Shown here piece after piece: positions 12,811-24,579 of a stretch of 64,000 nt of DNA. Within the stretch, counting starts at the first letter, position 1. Every line of letters begins with the position of its first letter. Made by a program: the position numbers and the translations under genes. The notes under the pieces were generated by a model, which was not told where the DNA came from, searched no databases, and worked only from the letters and a program-made list of their open reading frames with translations. The DNA is from Marsupella aquatica (lineage: Eukaryota > Plantae > Marchantiophyta), in contig OZ316891.1 in assembly GCA_973895155.1 (NCBI GenBank), positions 9,363,875 to 9,427,874 of the forward strand, read 5' to 3'.

Positions 12811-15800
12811 TTTAAGTCGGTGGTGGTGGTGTTGTTGTTGTGAGGGAGGTGACCTGGCAAATTGGAGCACCCCAAGGGAATACAATAAAGGCTGGGGCCA
12901 AATGTCTGAAGGGTACTTTGAGGTGGTACAATCAACCTCAGCAGAGTGATTTGGCCACAATCCAAAAGCAATCTCAACCAGTGACTAAAAATGTGATTGC
13001 AAAAGTGCGGGACACTATGGGAGAAGCAGCTTGGTAAAAGAAACTGAAGGCACTGCAGACACCACAGGAATCACCAGTGGAGCCCAAGTTTTCGAAACTT
13101 ATACTTGCTTTATTTTTGGCAGCTAAATGTGTCAAAATGCATAAGACTATAGCCTTATAGGTGAGTGATGAAGTGGCATTAAGGGTTGACTTGTAACCAA
13201 GCACTAGACCTACATTGGGTGTCAGTTACCTACCTACTGTAGTAATATCAAACTGTAAAAAAATTAACGGAGCAGACAAAATTCCAAAGAAGGGAGAAAA
13301 CCATATAGCTCATTTACTAAGCTAATCCAAAAGGACAATTAAGCCTACAAAACTAAAGGAACAAACGTTAAGACCCCTGACCTGAAAGCAGAAAAGAGTT
13401 AAAATTGAATATATAATCTTCCTTATTTTAGCTGCCTCAGCATTTACTTATCCATATTTGTAGTATACTCTCATGATGTGCAATAATCACACACGTTACA
13501 CAGAAGTGAATGAAACTAACGCTTCGTTCGAAATCTCCGCAATATGGATCAAGACTACGGTACTTGGGTCCCTCAGTTGCCATTTCGGCATATTCTAAAA
13601 CGAAGACTCTGGTGAAAACTAGGCAAGTAGAAAACCCGACGGTGCCACCTTGCTGCAGTTTGTGCGTCTTGATCTGACGGCGGACACGTTCCCGCTTAGT
13701 TCGGGATGGAGGCTGAGACCTTCGATGCGCTGCGTCGTGACTGCGAGTTGGCGGCACCGTCGATAAAAGCCACTAAAGTTGGCGGTGATATTTCAGCGGG
13801 AAGGATAGGGGCGACTTCGGCTTTTGCGCAGAACCTTAAATAACTGTCCTGATTGATATTGATGACTGAGTTACTCGATTGGCGATTCGCACGGTGAATG
13901 TGTGCAGTCTGCTGTTATTGTTGGATTGACAATAATGGTGGGGATGCAAAATTGTTGACGACCAAAATGATGATCGCAGTTTCTGCCTTCCCCACACGAA
14001 TCGCATCTCTCGACGACCGAATTATCATTTTCTGGCTTCCCCACACGAATCGCAGGAGACAGACGCGTACGTCGATCAGCTGTACACGGTTCCGTGCCTT
14101 TCCGCAATTCCGCTCTTGCTCCTGTCCGTGGCGAACGAAGGAGGCACGCGCCAGATTGATTCCCAAATGATGTTCGCATTTATCGATCCGCCTGGGTCAT
14201 GATGGACCGATCCGCCGGCTGATGCGGAGAAATAGAGACACCGACATACAGCTTCTGTAATGTTCGTTTCTTCGCCCTGAGACCTATTTTGCATCGCCGC
14301 CATGATGAAGTTCCTTTTAGCTGTTTGGAAAGGAAAGCGTGTCCAACTGTGAGGATGCTTGAAGCGTAGCATATAACGTAATTTCGAACAGTGAATTTAG
14401 CTAATCTGAAAGGGATGAAACGAAGGATTTTGAAGTACTGTGTAAGCCATTCAGAACGAGGACGCGGTACTATATTCCTTTGTGTATCTGAACAGTTACT
14501 GTGACTCTTGTTTGTTTGTTGGCAGTTCATCTACCACTCCAGTGTCTGTATAGAGTGATGTGATGAATGCTTTGTTGGGAGCTACAACACTGAGAACGAG
14601 AGCTTCTCACTGCTAGTGAAAGGGATTATTGAATCTTGCTATAGTTGCCTGTTGTGAAGCGTATATTGTTCAGGGATGTGAGGAGTGTACGACACTGACA
14701 GGACATATTTGGTTCCGTCAGTAGCCTGCGTAATCTGGTGCATGTGCGCATCAGGGACGTGGCTCATTCCACTTTCAGTATCATCTGCCGTTGGAGATTT
14801 AAAAATACAGTCATGAGTTCTAGCTATTAATTCAAGTATCAAACAAGCAATCATGTCCCCGTCAGAAAAGACATGCAAAAACCAGCACTGTATAGCGGAA
14901 TGTCGAGATCGACACAAGCGGTGAACTCACCGTCAGAATTGAAAGACCTGCAAAACGTAGTGGTCCTGTTTGCAAGATCAGAAGTGCTCAGTGGAATGTC
15001 AAGGTCGAAACCAGGCGATGGATACAGGCCAACACAATTCGGAAATGAAACAGGAGTGACAGAGTGCTCGCACTGGGCATCGCAAAAGGAAAATCAATCT
15101 AATCTTTTCACTACAATAACTAGATCACGGTTACTTTGCTTGCCCAATAGAACGTTCACTGTGAAACCAAAAGACAGACTTATCGAACCCGAGTCTACGG
15201 AAATTGGCTCCTAACAAACGGCCAAGCATGTTATGCTGCAGGTAACATGGTAGTTCCTGTGTTCCTCCAATGGCTGTCAGCGCCGCATAACGCTCTCGTT
15301 TGTTTGTTTACCTGCAAGGCCATCGGATCGTCGTTGGCATACACTGTACAGTAGTACAGCGTAGTTTGGCCCTATTGAGTCCTGAGTCCTGACCACTCTC
15401 CAGACTCCAGAAGTCCAGATTGCCATTCGGATATTTGGCTAGAGGGCAGACTCCGCCACTCCGGACTAGAATAGGTGAGGATCTAGCCGTACTGTCCCAG
15501 ATAGTTTCCTAGAAACCATTCTTCGGAGCGTAATAATAGTTCACGGTCTGGCTGTGGTCTTTGTGGACTTCCCGGCTGGGCGGCGGACTCCTACAGATTG
15601 GAATTGCCAACCGTGAGAAGGATAAAACTTTTAGACGCTCTTCTACAAATCGTACACACACACAGTCTCCCATAAAGAGGAGTGCGGAGGAACTCCCGTT
15701 CCAGGGCCACAGTTAGATCGAGCTCACTGGCACTTCCAGCCTCCAGGTTCTGAAATCATAGAAAAATTAGTAGGAAGCGCATCCAGCAAGGTTCAAAGGG

Positions 15801-16242
15801 CACCACCCTGCTAATATTTTTTGCTAGTTTCAGAGAACAGGTTTGCAACAGTACCACATACCCTTTTGTGGGCTCCCATCCTTGTTAAAGCGTTTCTTGA
15901 ATCTCTGTATGAGTGAGTGAGGAGCTTGGAGCTTGGAGAAATGCGTCGGGATGGATCCGTTGCTATCATTGCATGCACGAGTAGAATCCAGAATTTTGTA
16001 GAGTTTTGAGCTAGTGGTGAAGGGAAGAAAATAGTCTCAAGCAGAGACAACTTTGGAATGAGTTACAGTAGCTCTTGCCCTGAACAATGCAATCCCGAGA
16101 GAGTGAGAAGAACGGAGTGGAATAGATGGGCGCGAGTAGAGAGAGGTGAGAAAAAATTTGAGAGATGAGCTGTGGAAGGAAGTTAGTAACCAGAGAACAG
16201 TCGAAGTTTTTGGAGCTTGCTCAGTGAGATAAGGGACGAAAA

Positions 16243-19200
16243 ATGCGTCGCTCTTTGCAATCGAAATGGGGGAGCTGTCTCTTGATTTTGGTGTTGTTTA
16301 TCGTCAGCTGCATCAGCTGGTCCGAGTGCGTAGCAACTTCGTCGGAGGATGAGAGGAGTGCTCTACTCGACATCAAACATGCGTTGGGTGTAGGAAACGG
16401 TGCTCTTTATGGTTGGTCCCTGACTCAAGGGAACTCTACCCCGTGCGCTTGGGAGAGAGTCATCTGTGACAACGTCACTAATGTGCTGGTTGGGCTCAAC
16501 CTCACTCATCTGGGCCTGGCCGGCACGATTTCTGCTTCCGTTGGTAAGCTGGAGAATTTGCGCTTTTTGGACATGAGTGACAACAATGTCACCGGGGTAA
16601 TTCCCGCAGAAATTGGAGATTGCTTGAGCCTTCGAATGATAGATCTTTCCGGCAACTCCTTGGTTGGAGAAATTCCCATTTCCTTTCTTAAGTTGAAGCA
16701 GCTCGAGGTCCTGGCATTGCACTCGAACCTTCTTTTTGGTCCCATACCGGACACGCTGTCACGGCTTCCAAATCTCATGACTTTGAACTTGGCTTACAAC
16801 AACTTGTCTGGAGAGATACCAGCCTTGCTCTACTGGAGTCAGACGCTGGAAATTCTGATGTTGAGGGGTAATTTTCTGACAGGGGAGATATCTCCGGACA
16901 TTTGCCAGCTCACGAATCTCTGGTATTTCAACGTGCGTGAAAACAATCTCACGGGGCCCATCCCCACCAACATCGGCAATTGCAGCTCCTTCGAAATTTT
17001 GGACCTCGGATACAACCAGCTGACCGGTGAGATTCCTCGAAATTTTGGCTTCTTGCAGGTGAGCACTCTGTCGTTGGAGAACAACAAGCTGACAGGGAGG
17101 ATACCTGACGTTCTTGGATTGTTGGAAGCGCTGCTTATTCTGGATTTGAGCAATAATCAACTCGAGGGTCCCATTCCAACTTCGTTTGGAAATCTTGTCT
17201 ACCTCAACAAGCTCTACTTGCAGGAGAATCGACTGACAGGGATCATTCCCCCCGTTCTTGGCAACATGACACGGCTGCAGTATTTGTTGCTAGATGATAA
17301 TCAGTTGACTGGGCCTATACCTCCCGCGCTTGGCAATTTGCAGCTTTTCGAGTTACGCCTCGCTGGAAATCGGCTCAGTGGTGGCGTACCTGTCAGTTTA
17401 AGTTCTTGCACGTCACTCAATAAGCTGGATTTGCATGGAAATTTGCTGACTGGTGAGATTCCCCAAGAACTGGAGAGGTTGGACAATCTGACCCACCTGA
17501 ACCTCTCGACCAATTACCTCACTGGCGGTATACCAGACCAGCTCGCCAATGTCATCAATCTTGACACATTGGACTTGTCTTTCAACAACCTTAGCGGTCA
17601 CATTCCTTCGTCTTTGGGCAAGCTGGAGCACTTGCTGTACATCTCTCTCTCGGAGAATCACCTTGGCGGAGTAATACCACCGGAGTTTGGAAATTTGTCA
17701 AGTCTCATGTATCTTGACGTTTCTCATAATAGTTTGTATGGAGGCATACCACTCGAGCTCGGTCACTTGCAACAGCTCAACACTCTCCTTTTGGAACACA
17801 ACAACCTTTCGGGGCTCATCCCCCAGGAGCTAAGCGGATGCATCATGCTGAGCACCATGAATGTCTCCTACAACGACCTCGGTGGCAACATCCCTTTTGC
17901 CAACAATTTTTCTAGATTTCCTCCTTCTAGCTTCCTCGGAAACCCCAACCTCTGTGGTGGTCAACTCAGCCGTGCGTGCAGCTCTTATCATCTGAAAGCT
18001 GCGTCTGCTGTTGGAGCAACCACCATATGGATTGTCACCGCAGTGGCTGTATGTCTATTGGTGGTCGCCATGTTTGCCATCTTCAAGTCTTCTCAGCTGA
18101 GACGGCCAGTGAAGACAGTGGACATGAGCTTTGAAGGTCCTCCACGACTTATAATGTACCACATGGGGATGGTCACCGAGTCATGCGAGGAGTGGGTGAG
18201 AATCACAGACAATTTAACGGAGCAGAGTTTGGTGGGGTCAGGGGCGTCCAGCAAGGTTTACAAGTGTACGCTGAAAAGTGGACAGGCCGTCGCCATCAAG
18301 AAGCTCTACAACCACCATCCACAGAACATTCAAGAGTTCGAGAACGAGCTGCAAATGCTGGAGAAGATCAAGCACAGGAACCTTGTGACCCTGCGAGGGT
18401 ACTCCCTCTCCTCCCTGGGGCACTTCCTGCTCTACGACTACATGGAACTCGGCAGTCTCTACGATCTCCTCCACGGTTCTGTGAGGAAGGTAAAGCTGGA
18501 CTGGAGCATTCGGCTGAACATAGCGTTGGGAGCTGCCCAGGGCCTTGCATACTTGCACCATGACTGTGCTCCTCGGATTGTACACCGCGATATCAAATCC
18601 GGGAACATTTTGCTGGATGCCAATTTGGAGCCCCACATTTCCGACTTCGGCATTGCCAAAAACATTCATATGTCGAAGGGTCACACCTCAACGAACGTCA
18701 TGGGCACGATTGGGTACATTGATCCAGAATATGCTCGCACCTCAATGCTCACCGAGAAGTCGGATGTGTACAGCTATGGGATTGTGCTGTTGGAGCTGCT
18801 CACGGATAGGAAGGCGGTGAACAGCGAAGGCAATTTGCTCAGTTGGGTTATGCAAAAAGTGAGCTGCAACACTGTCTTGAGCAGTGCAGTGGCTCCGGAG
18901 GTCGGGTCTACTTGCTCGAACTCCAAGTCCATTGAGAAGGTGTTCAAGCTGGCACTGCGTTGCACTGACAAGAACCCCAACGTCAGGCCGACCATGTATG
19001 ATGTTGTTGAGGTGCTGCTCTCCCTTATCTCTGGCCCAGTGCCCACTAATCAGTCCAATTTCATGCCCAAGCTCTCAAGCTCCACCGACAAGCAGTACGT
19101 TGATATGTTTGTGAATCCGATGTATTACAAGGACAGTCTGGGCAGTGAAAGCCTCTCCGACGTCCGGTTACTGGCAAAATTTGGAGAAGTCATATCATAA
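16243..19200 (+). CDS. ERECTA: ERECTA-family LRR receptor-like kinase (LRR-XIIIb), 985 aa, single exon
   Basis: Signal peptide, LRR N-cap (CAWERVIC), about 20 LRRs including the ERECTA-diagnostic stretch LYWSQTLEILMLRGNFLTGEISPDICQLTNLWYFNVR...IGNCSSFEILDLGYNQLTGEIPRNFGFLQVSTLSL, TM helix, juxtamembrane GPPRLIMYHMGM, intact kinase (GSGASSKVYK, AIKKL, HRDIKSGN, DFG, GTIGYIDPEYARTS) and ERECTA-type tail DVRLLAKFGEVIS. Confidence 0.95.
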   Translation: MRRSLQSKWGSCLLILVLFIVSCISWSECVATSSEDERSALLDIKHALGVGNGALYGWSLTQGNSTPCAWERVICDNVTNVLVGLNLTHLGLAGTISASVGKLENLRFLDMSDNNVTGVIPAEIGDCLSLRMIDLSGNSLVGEIPISFLKLKQLEVLALHSNLLFGPIPDTLSRLPNLMTLNLAYNNLSGEIPALLYWSQTLEILMLRGNFLTGEISPDICQLTNLWYFNVRENNLTGPIPTNIGNCSSFEILDLGYNQLTGEIPRNFGFLQVSTLSLENNKLTGRIPDVLGLLEALLILDLSNNQLEGPIPTSFGNLVYLNKLYLQENRLTGIIPPVLGNMTRLQYLLLDDNQLTGPIPPALGNLQLFELRLAGNRLSGGVPVSLSSCTSLNKLDLHGNLLTGEIPQELERLDNLTHLNLSTNYLTGGIPDQLANVINLDTLDLSFNNLSGHIPSSLGKLEHLLYISLSENHLGGVIPPEFGNLSSLMYLDVSHNSLYGGIPLELGHLQQLNTLLLEHNNLSGLIPQELSGCIMLSTMNVSYNDLGGNIPFANNFSRFPPSSFLGNPNLCGGQLSRACSSYHLKAASAVGATTIWIVTAVAVCLLVVAMFAIFKSSQLRRPVKTVDMSFEGPPRLIMYHMGMVTESCEEWVRITDNLTEQSLVGSGASSKVYKCTLKSGQAVAIKKLYNHHPQNIQEFENELQMLEKIKHRNLVTLRGYSLSSLGHFLLYDYMELGSLYDLLHGSVRKVKLDWSIRLNIALGAAQGLAYLHHDCAPRIVHRDIKSGNILLDANLEPHISDFGIAKNIHMSKGHTSTNVMGTIGYIDPEYARTSMLTEKSDVYSYGIVLLELLTDRKAVNSEGNLLSWVMQKVSCNTVLSSAVAPEVGSTCSNSKSIEKVFKLALRCTDKNPNVRPTMYDVVEVLLSLISGPVPTNQSNFMPKLSSSTDKQYVDMFVNPMYYKDSLGSESLSDVRLLAKFGEVIS

Positions 19201-21804
19201 CAATGCTTTAAATCATTCGTCATCGACACCTGCGGCTGAATTGGAGTCATTCATGTTCCGTTCAATTTGGTCTCTTCTAGCCCAGTCGCTGTAATATAGA
19301 CAGTGAGTACAGTTGTGTAGCAACACTTCCCTCATTTTTCTGCAGAAAGAGTTTTGTAATATACACTTCACTTCGAACTTTTGAAAGGAAACACTGTAGA
19401 GCAGTTATCTCTTGTGAATAAGAAGAATTTTCGATTCCTATCTGTGTTGCTTTTTCATATAGTTGATTGCTTGAAGGACGTGTAAATGGGTTGGACGAAT
19501 GCAGGATAAAATATTGAGGTGTTGACTGGCGTCAACTTGTATTCCTCCCTTTCTCCGTCTCTCGTTCTGTAGGTTGACAGTGTTGGGAACCAGGCATCTT
19601 TAACTCAATGTCTGATTCCTCTCTGACATCAACCACGGAAAGAAAGAGACCTTCGCCAGGGCTCAAAATGGTAAGTTCCTGTTCCGTCTAATTCTGCTGA
19701 GAACTATTTTGTAGAATTCTTCTAATTGAACTTTTAGCAATCCCAACACTCGCAATGATGTAGACTTTCAACATGTTGGAGTTGGATTTGGACTTCTCTG
19801 CCCCTCCAGTCTTGCTTTTATGTCAGTGTCTACTTTCTTCAAGCATTCATGCGTTTCTACAGAGTTTGGAGACTTTGTATGCTGTCTGCTACGGAAGTGT
19901 ACCTATCTTCAAGCTTACTTTTGCCGGCATTTGGATTCGTTTGATGTTAGATTCAGTTTGCTCAATCACTTGTACTGTGTCTCCAATGATCTGAGTTACG
20001 ATGCAATCTTTTGGGCTCGCGATGAATATCTATCCAATTCCCCGTGTCCTCCTTGTTTCGTACTTCAGCCTTGGAACTAACACAATCATTCTCTGGGTCG
20101 GATCTCCATTGATTGGGTGTTCCATTAAATTGTGCTATGAGCTGAGCTGGCTGTCGCTCAGTTCCACGAACGTGCGGGGAACAATAGCAGTCTGTTCGTT
20201 CTATGCAAATGCTTACAGACACCAAATGTTGACCTTAGTGTTTACATAACCTAGCATGCCCTAGACAATATAGTTTACCACTAAAATCATGGTAAATGTC
20301 CTTACAAGCCTCTTTCGATAGGGCATGACATGTTGTTGGCTATTTTTCATGGCTAAGGCCATCAATGTCCTTCGCCCCACTTTGGAAATCTGCTTGGACC
20401 CCTTATACCACCACCCCACTTTGTACATAGGCTTGAACCCTTAAACCACCACTGGTCATATGAACTTACGACACCATCTGCCATCGATATAAATGGAAAA
20501 GTGTCCAATACTTTCCCCTTAAATCACTTTGGAAACTGTTCAAGACTTCCCTCTTAAATCACCATTGGCTTGGACACCTGTTCGTCACCCTTACCCTCAA
20601 AGTATCAATTGGGAGTGAAGGGGAAGCCAGGCCTTCCACTCTGCTTCAATGCCCTTAAATCAAGTGGATGTGGGTTGACTGAATACTAGCCTTAGCACTC
20701 TTAATTTGCTCGAAGCTTAGCCCAGAGGAAAATGATGTTAAATGAAAGCTCTCTGGTCAGCCACTCTTGGGCCATAATTTAGGACACTAATGGCTATGTC
20801 CCTTGTAGCAACTGACTGCTACACATCAGTCATGGTTACATGCTACCTTGCCATAGCTGTTTGCAACACTCCCAGTCTCATTCTGGCCTGCGCAACACTA
20901 GGATGTCTTCAAACCCTTGTTAGGAATGAAAGACAGGTTTGGTGACCAATTCAACTTTTAGCCCAATTGAACTACCGTTCACAAATATCTTAGCCCCTAC
21001 ATTCATTTTCAGCCTAATCTTATGACTTTGAAAACAACTTACCCCCAACAACATTGATGTTGGCTCAAACTATTTTTTTAACTAATTTTACATGCGAACG
21101 AGAAAAAGGCCAATCTAGTAACAGGATAAGGAACTTTATTGGCTTCATCCTGAAGCCCCACGTATGAATGAATGAAAATAATTAAAGTCGTCCTGTATTC
21201 AATCAGGCACTGACTAACTACGACCTGAGAGTTGATGGCAAAAAATTAGAGTGGGCAGCAACTGTACTACTCTTTAGAATGTGAAATCAGCATCTTTCAT
21301 CTCAAGTAGAGGGGTCTGACGACCTTCGCTTTTTTCGCTGACAAGAATTGACATACATATTGACCTACAGCAAAGCTGGGCCTGGTGGTCGTTACCATTG
21401 TGCTGCATATATCTCTGCTCATAGAATCCTCACTGCGTAGAAATGTTCGTTCACAAACTCACTTTCTTGAGCCAACCTGTGAAGTCTGACAAACTTGATG
21501 ATCGGCAGGATTCTCTACCAGAGTCTGCTCGTTGGTGTGACGTTTACCCTGATTCTCCTCCTCCATCTACTTCTCCAGAATTAATTGTTGCTCCAACAAT
21601 ATAACAAACCATCTGGGCTTCCTGCTTTTTCAGTTTGGACCCACCGAAGGCTTTACAGCAACTCTAAGCAGCACATCAATCAACTCTTCCAAAGAGAATT
21701 AGAGAAACGTCCCATGACCTTCCTGACAACAAGCTCTGAACAAAGGATGACAGGTTCAACCTTTCACATCAGTGTGGAGAAGTTCACGGACGATCAGATT
21801 TTCT

Positions 21805-22956
21805 TTCCGCAAAGCTAAGACAGCGCCGATCCAACTTCTTTAGATGTTGGGAGCAGCCCAAGTGACACAATATGAGCAACACAGTTTGACAATTGAGGTC
21901 AAATTGTGTTGGGAGTGCTGTAATGAAATCACAATTACGTATACATGCATACACTTCCTATGTACCTGCCTTAAGGAAGGTAGCCAAGATATCTTATCAA
22001 CCACTTCTGTACCTTAACTCCGTACTTACTGACCGGAGTTTCCTGGACATATTTCCAGACATCAAAATGCAGGGGACAGATTGACTCTTGCACTGCACTC
22101 TAGGTACTGCCGTGGTGTTTACCTGCAATGGGCATCTCCAATTCAGCAACTCAATGCCACAATCGAGTAGCATCCTTCCAGCATCATTGTCAACTGCCTC
22201 GACTATTGTTCTATTTCGATGGAAGGAATCAACTTGCTCTAGACGGGCCAGTCACTTCTAGAATCATCAGTGTCACATGATTTTGATCAAGTACAGCTTT
22301 CTGCATGGCTTCAAACGCTTCTGCTACAGAAAATGATGAACACAGGGCCCCAGTTCGTTATTAAAGTGCACCCACCCAAACCCAAACAGGTACACACGAC
22401 AGTTCCTTTGTGTCTGGCTAGCAAATTTTAACTGGGCCAAGTTGTCAAACTCAACTCAATCTTGTCAAATCCAGGAAAGCAAGAGCCGATTCCTTCTCAT
22501 TTGATTAGCCAACGGCTAATCTATATCAGTGGTGTCTCACGGTAGTCATGGCGTGTGAAGGTCCAAGACAATCAAACCCCGAATTTCTGATTTAGGTCAC
22601 AGAAGTGTCCAAAGTCTTGAAGCTACAAGTCCCCAGGAACTGCATGCCATTCTCTGCCATTATACATGAAAAAGTTTCCTCCAGTAGCTACCACAGAATT
22701 GTATCTTTTCGGAGCAAGTCCTGGACGAAGTACCCACAACTTTTGCAAGTCTCCAAACATCTTGGTGCCGGTCTGGTCTCCCGACATTATTCTGGACGAA
22801 CAACATCTTCAAGGGAGGGTTGTACCAGAATCTTGAGAGAGGCTCCAATGCAGTCTTTAAAATCAGGGGACATAGAGTGTTGATAACACACTTAGATGGT
22901 CTTCTGCCTCCGATAAATATCATGCTATCAGCAATTGTCGCAGTTGTATGCGGCAT
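21805..22956 (-). pseudogene. Decayed Kelch and TYW2 (Met-10-like) parts of a plant TYW2/3/4 gene
   Basis: Immediately after the stop at 22957 the same frame continues MPHTTATIADSMIFIGGRRPSKCVIN (Kelch repeat). Further down are frameshifted TYW2 pieces: GNMSxKLR...EVVD (~21995-22055) and VAHIVSLGLLPTSK/SWIGAVLALRKE (~21805-21882), matching the plant TYW2 motifs GNLSEKLR...EVVVDL and VADRVNLGLIPSSEGSWVTAIQALRPE. Large internal deletions. Confidence 0.75.
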
Positions 22957-23856
22957 TTACGACACCGGGCTGGTACCTGTCTCGAGAGAATTGATTCTCA
23001 AGATAACTTTCGATTGTCTCGTTTGAAGGCTTGACAAAAGCCTGTCTCGAACATCTACACTTATCCCTTTCCTCCGCCTATGCACTCCTTTCTGGCCCAG
23101 TCCCTTCACCGACCCAGGAGGCGTGCTGACCGGCTGAGCTATTTCCCCATCAAATTGGACAACAAAAGTGGACGTGAATCTACTAATGCGTTCCTGGTTC
23201 AAGATGAATTTTTTATTGGCAGATTCTGTGAGGAAAGTAAGATACTCTTCGGGCACTAAAAGCTTCCCTTTCTCCCCAATGGGTACTTCCAGACGAATGG
23301 AGGTGCGGACAGCAACTATTATCCGCTTCCCTACGCTCGAGATTCCTGATTCCCGGTAACCTGACGCCATGGCACAGGCCAAAAGTCGTTGAGCAGCGGC
23401 CAACGACGAGCACTCCAGAGCCAGAATGAAGGGCTCAAATCGAAACACCAACAATCCGTCCTGCTTGGTCTCCTGGTACAGTCTTCTCACAGTGATCAAA
23501 ACCTCATCGATTTTGGCCGCCTCATGACTGACATAAATCCAGCTTCCTCCTTGCTTGACTTTGGTTCTCGCTCCTGAGTTCTCCTCCCCCACGGCTTGGT
23601 AAGGATCTGAGCTAAGGAGCGCAGCGGACTGCTCCAGAAAAATGGAGACACGGCCTGAGCAGGAGCTGGTGGTGAAAAAGGATGGGTGAGAATTGATGCA
23701 GCTGATGAGATCTGCAATGGGGGCATCCACACCACCTTTGCGAGATTTATCGTTGTCATCTAACATCAAAGTCTTCAGTACCACCTCCTTGCGTATGTCG
23801 AATTCCCTCTGGCACGTCATTTTTCGCTGCTCTGCTGTGCCTGACTGTATACACAT
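22957..23856 (-). CDS. TYW3: tRNA wybutosine-synthesizing protein, TYW3 methyltransferase domain (truncated TYW2/3/4)
   Basis: 299-aa ORF with TYW3 motifs FDIRK, DKSRKGGVDAPI, FFTTSSCSGRVSI, WIYVSHE, FRFEPFILALEC, ASGYRESGI, IVAVRTSIRLEVP and ANKKFILNQERI. The start may be the second ATG (23820). Functional status uncertain. Confidence 0.8.
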   Translation of the reverse strand: MCIQSGTAEQRKMTCQREFDIRKEVVLKTLMLDDNDKSRKGGVDAPIADLISCINSHPSFFTTSSCSGRVSIFLEQSAALLSSDPYQAVGEENSGARTKVKQGGSWIYVSHEAAKIDEVLITVRRLYQETKQDGLLVFRFEPFILALECSSLAAAQRLLACAMASGYRESGISSVGKRIIVAVRTSIRLEVPIGEKGKLLVPEEYLTFLTESANKKFILNQERISRFTSTFVVQFDGEIAQPVSTPPGSVKGLGQKGVHRRRKGISVDVRDRLLSSLQTRQSKVILRINSLETGTSPVS

Positions 23857-24411
23857 TACTTTTGGTCAAGAGAATTCCGGGATCCCACGACAATTCTTTT
23901 GGAACCAAAGTCACACAATCTACCATTTAATTCATTCTCCCACAATGAAACCTAACTTAAAACCTAACCGTCATCCAATGTGCCATCTTCGGACTGTCAC
24001 TAGTCGTTCAGAATTAAATCAGACTGTCCCCAATTCCCAGATGTGGAGCATGAGAAGAATTTCACCGTGATTCCTAGAGGTCTCAGTCTTACAGTAAGCG
24101 ATTCCAGTGAAGCAATTCTTCACTCTCTGATTCTCGAAAGACTTGAAGTTTCTCACCGTCAAGATTTCACCAATTCAATCAAGGAATAATTCATTATGAC
24201 GACGATACCAATGTTTGCACTCTTTCTCTACTGATTCTGATCAAATTGAAGCCAAGGGAAATAAACAATGCATGAGCTATCAGGAACTTACCCAAAGGCA
24301 TTCTTCTTCTGTCAATGTAACGCTTGGGAGGCAGAAAGAAACCTTAAACCCTAGACCCTAGACCCTGGGAGACAGATTCCCTTTCAGTAGCCCACTCCAA
24401 AGTACTGTACT

Positions 24412-24579
24412 GTAGTTTGTTCATGTATAGGATATGGGAGGTCTGGTCTGGGGTTACTAGCCTGGTAGTAAAGTAGTTTGTTCATGTATAGGATATAGGA
24501 GGTCTGGTTTGGCTTTACTAGACTGTACTATAGTTTGTTCATGTATAGGATACAGGAGGTCTGGTCTGGGGTTACTAGA
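24412..24579. repeat. Tandem repeat, ~57-61 bp x3, upstream of TYW3
   Basis: TAGTTTGTTCATGTATAGGATAyrGGAGGTCTGGTyTGG...TTACTAG repeated three times. Confidence 0.85.

Noticed and set aside
12730-15214. Cluster of short ORFs on both strands
   Set aside because: No recognisable domain or consistent exon chain could be built.
16363-19114. Numerous overlapping ORFs within the ERECTA-like gene
   Set aside because: Antisense and alternative-frame shadows of a long coding sequence with no recognisable motifs.
22957-22959. Stop read-through or U-to-C editing restoring full-length TYW2/3/4
   Set aside because: Downstream domains carry frameshifts and large deletions, and plant U-to-C editing is organellar.
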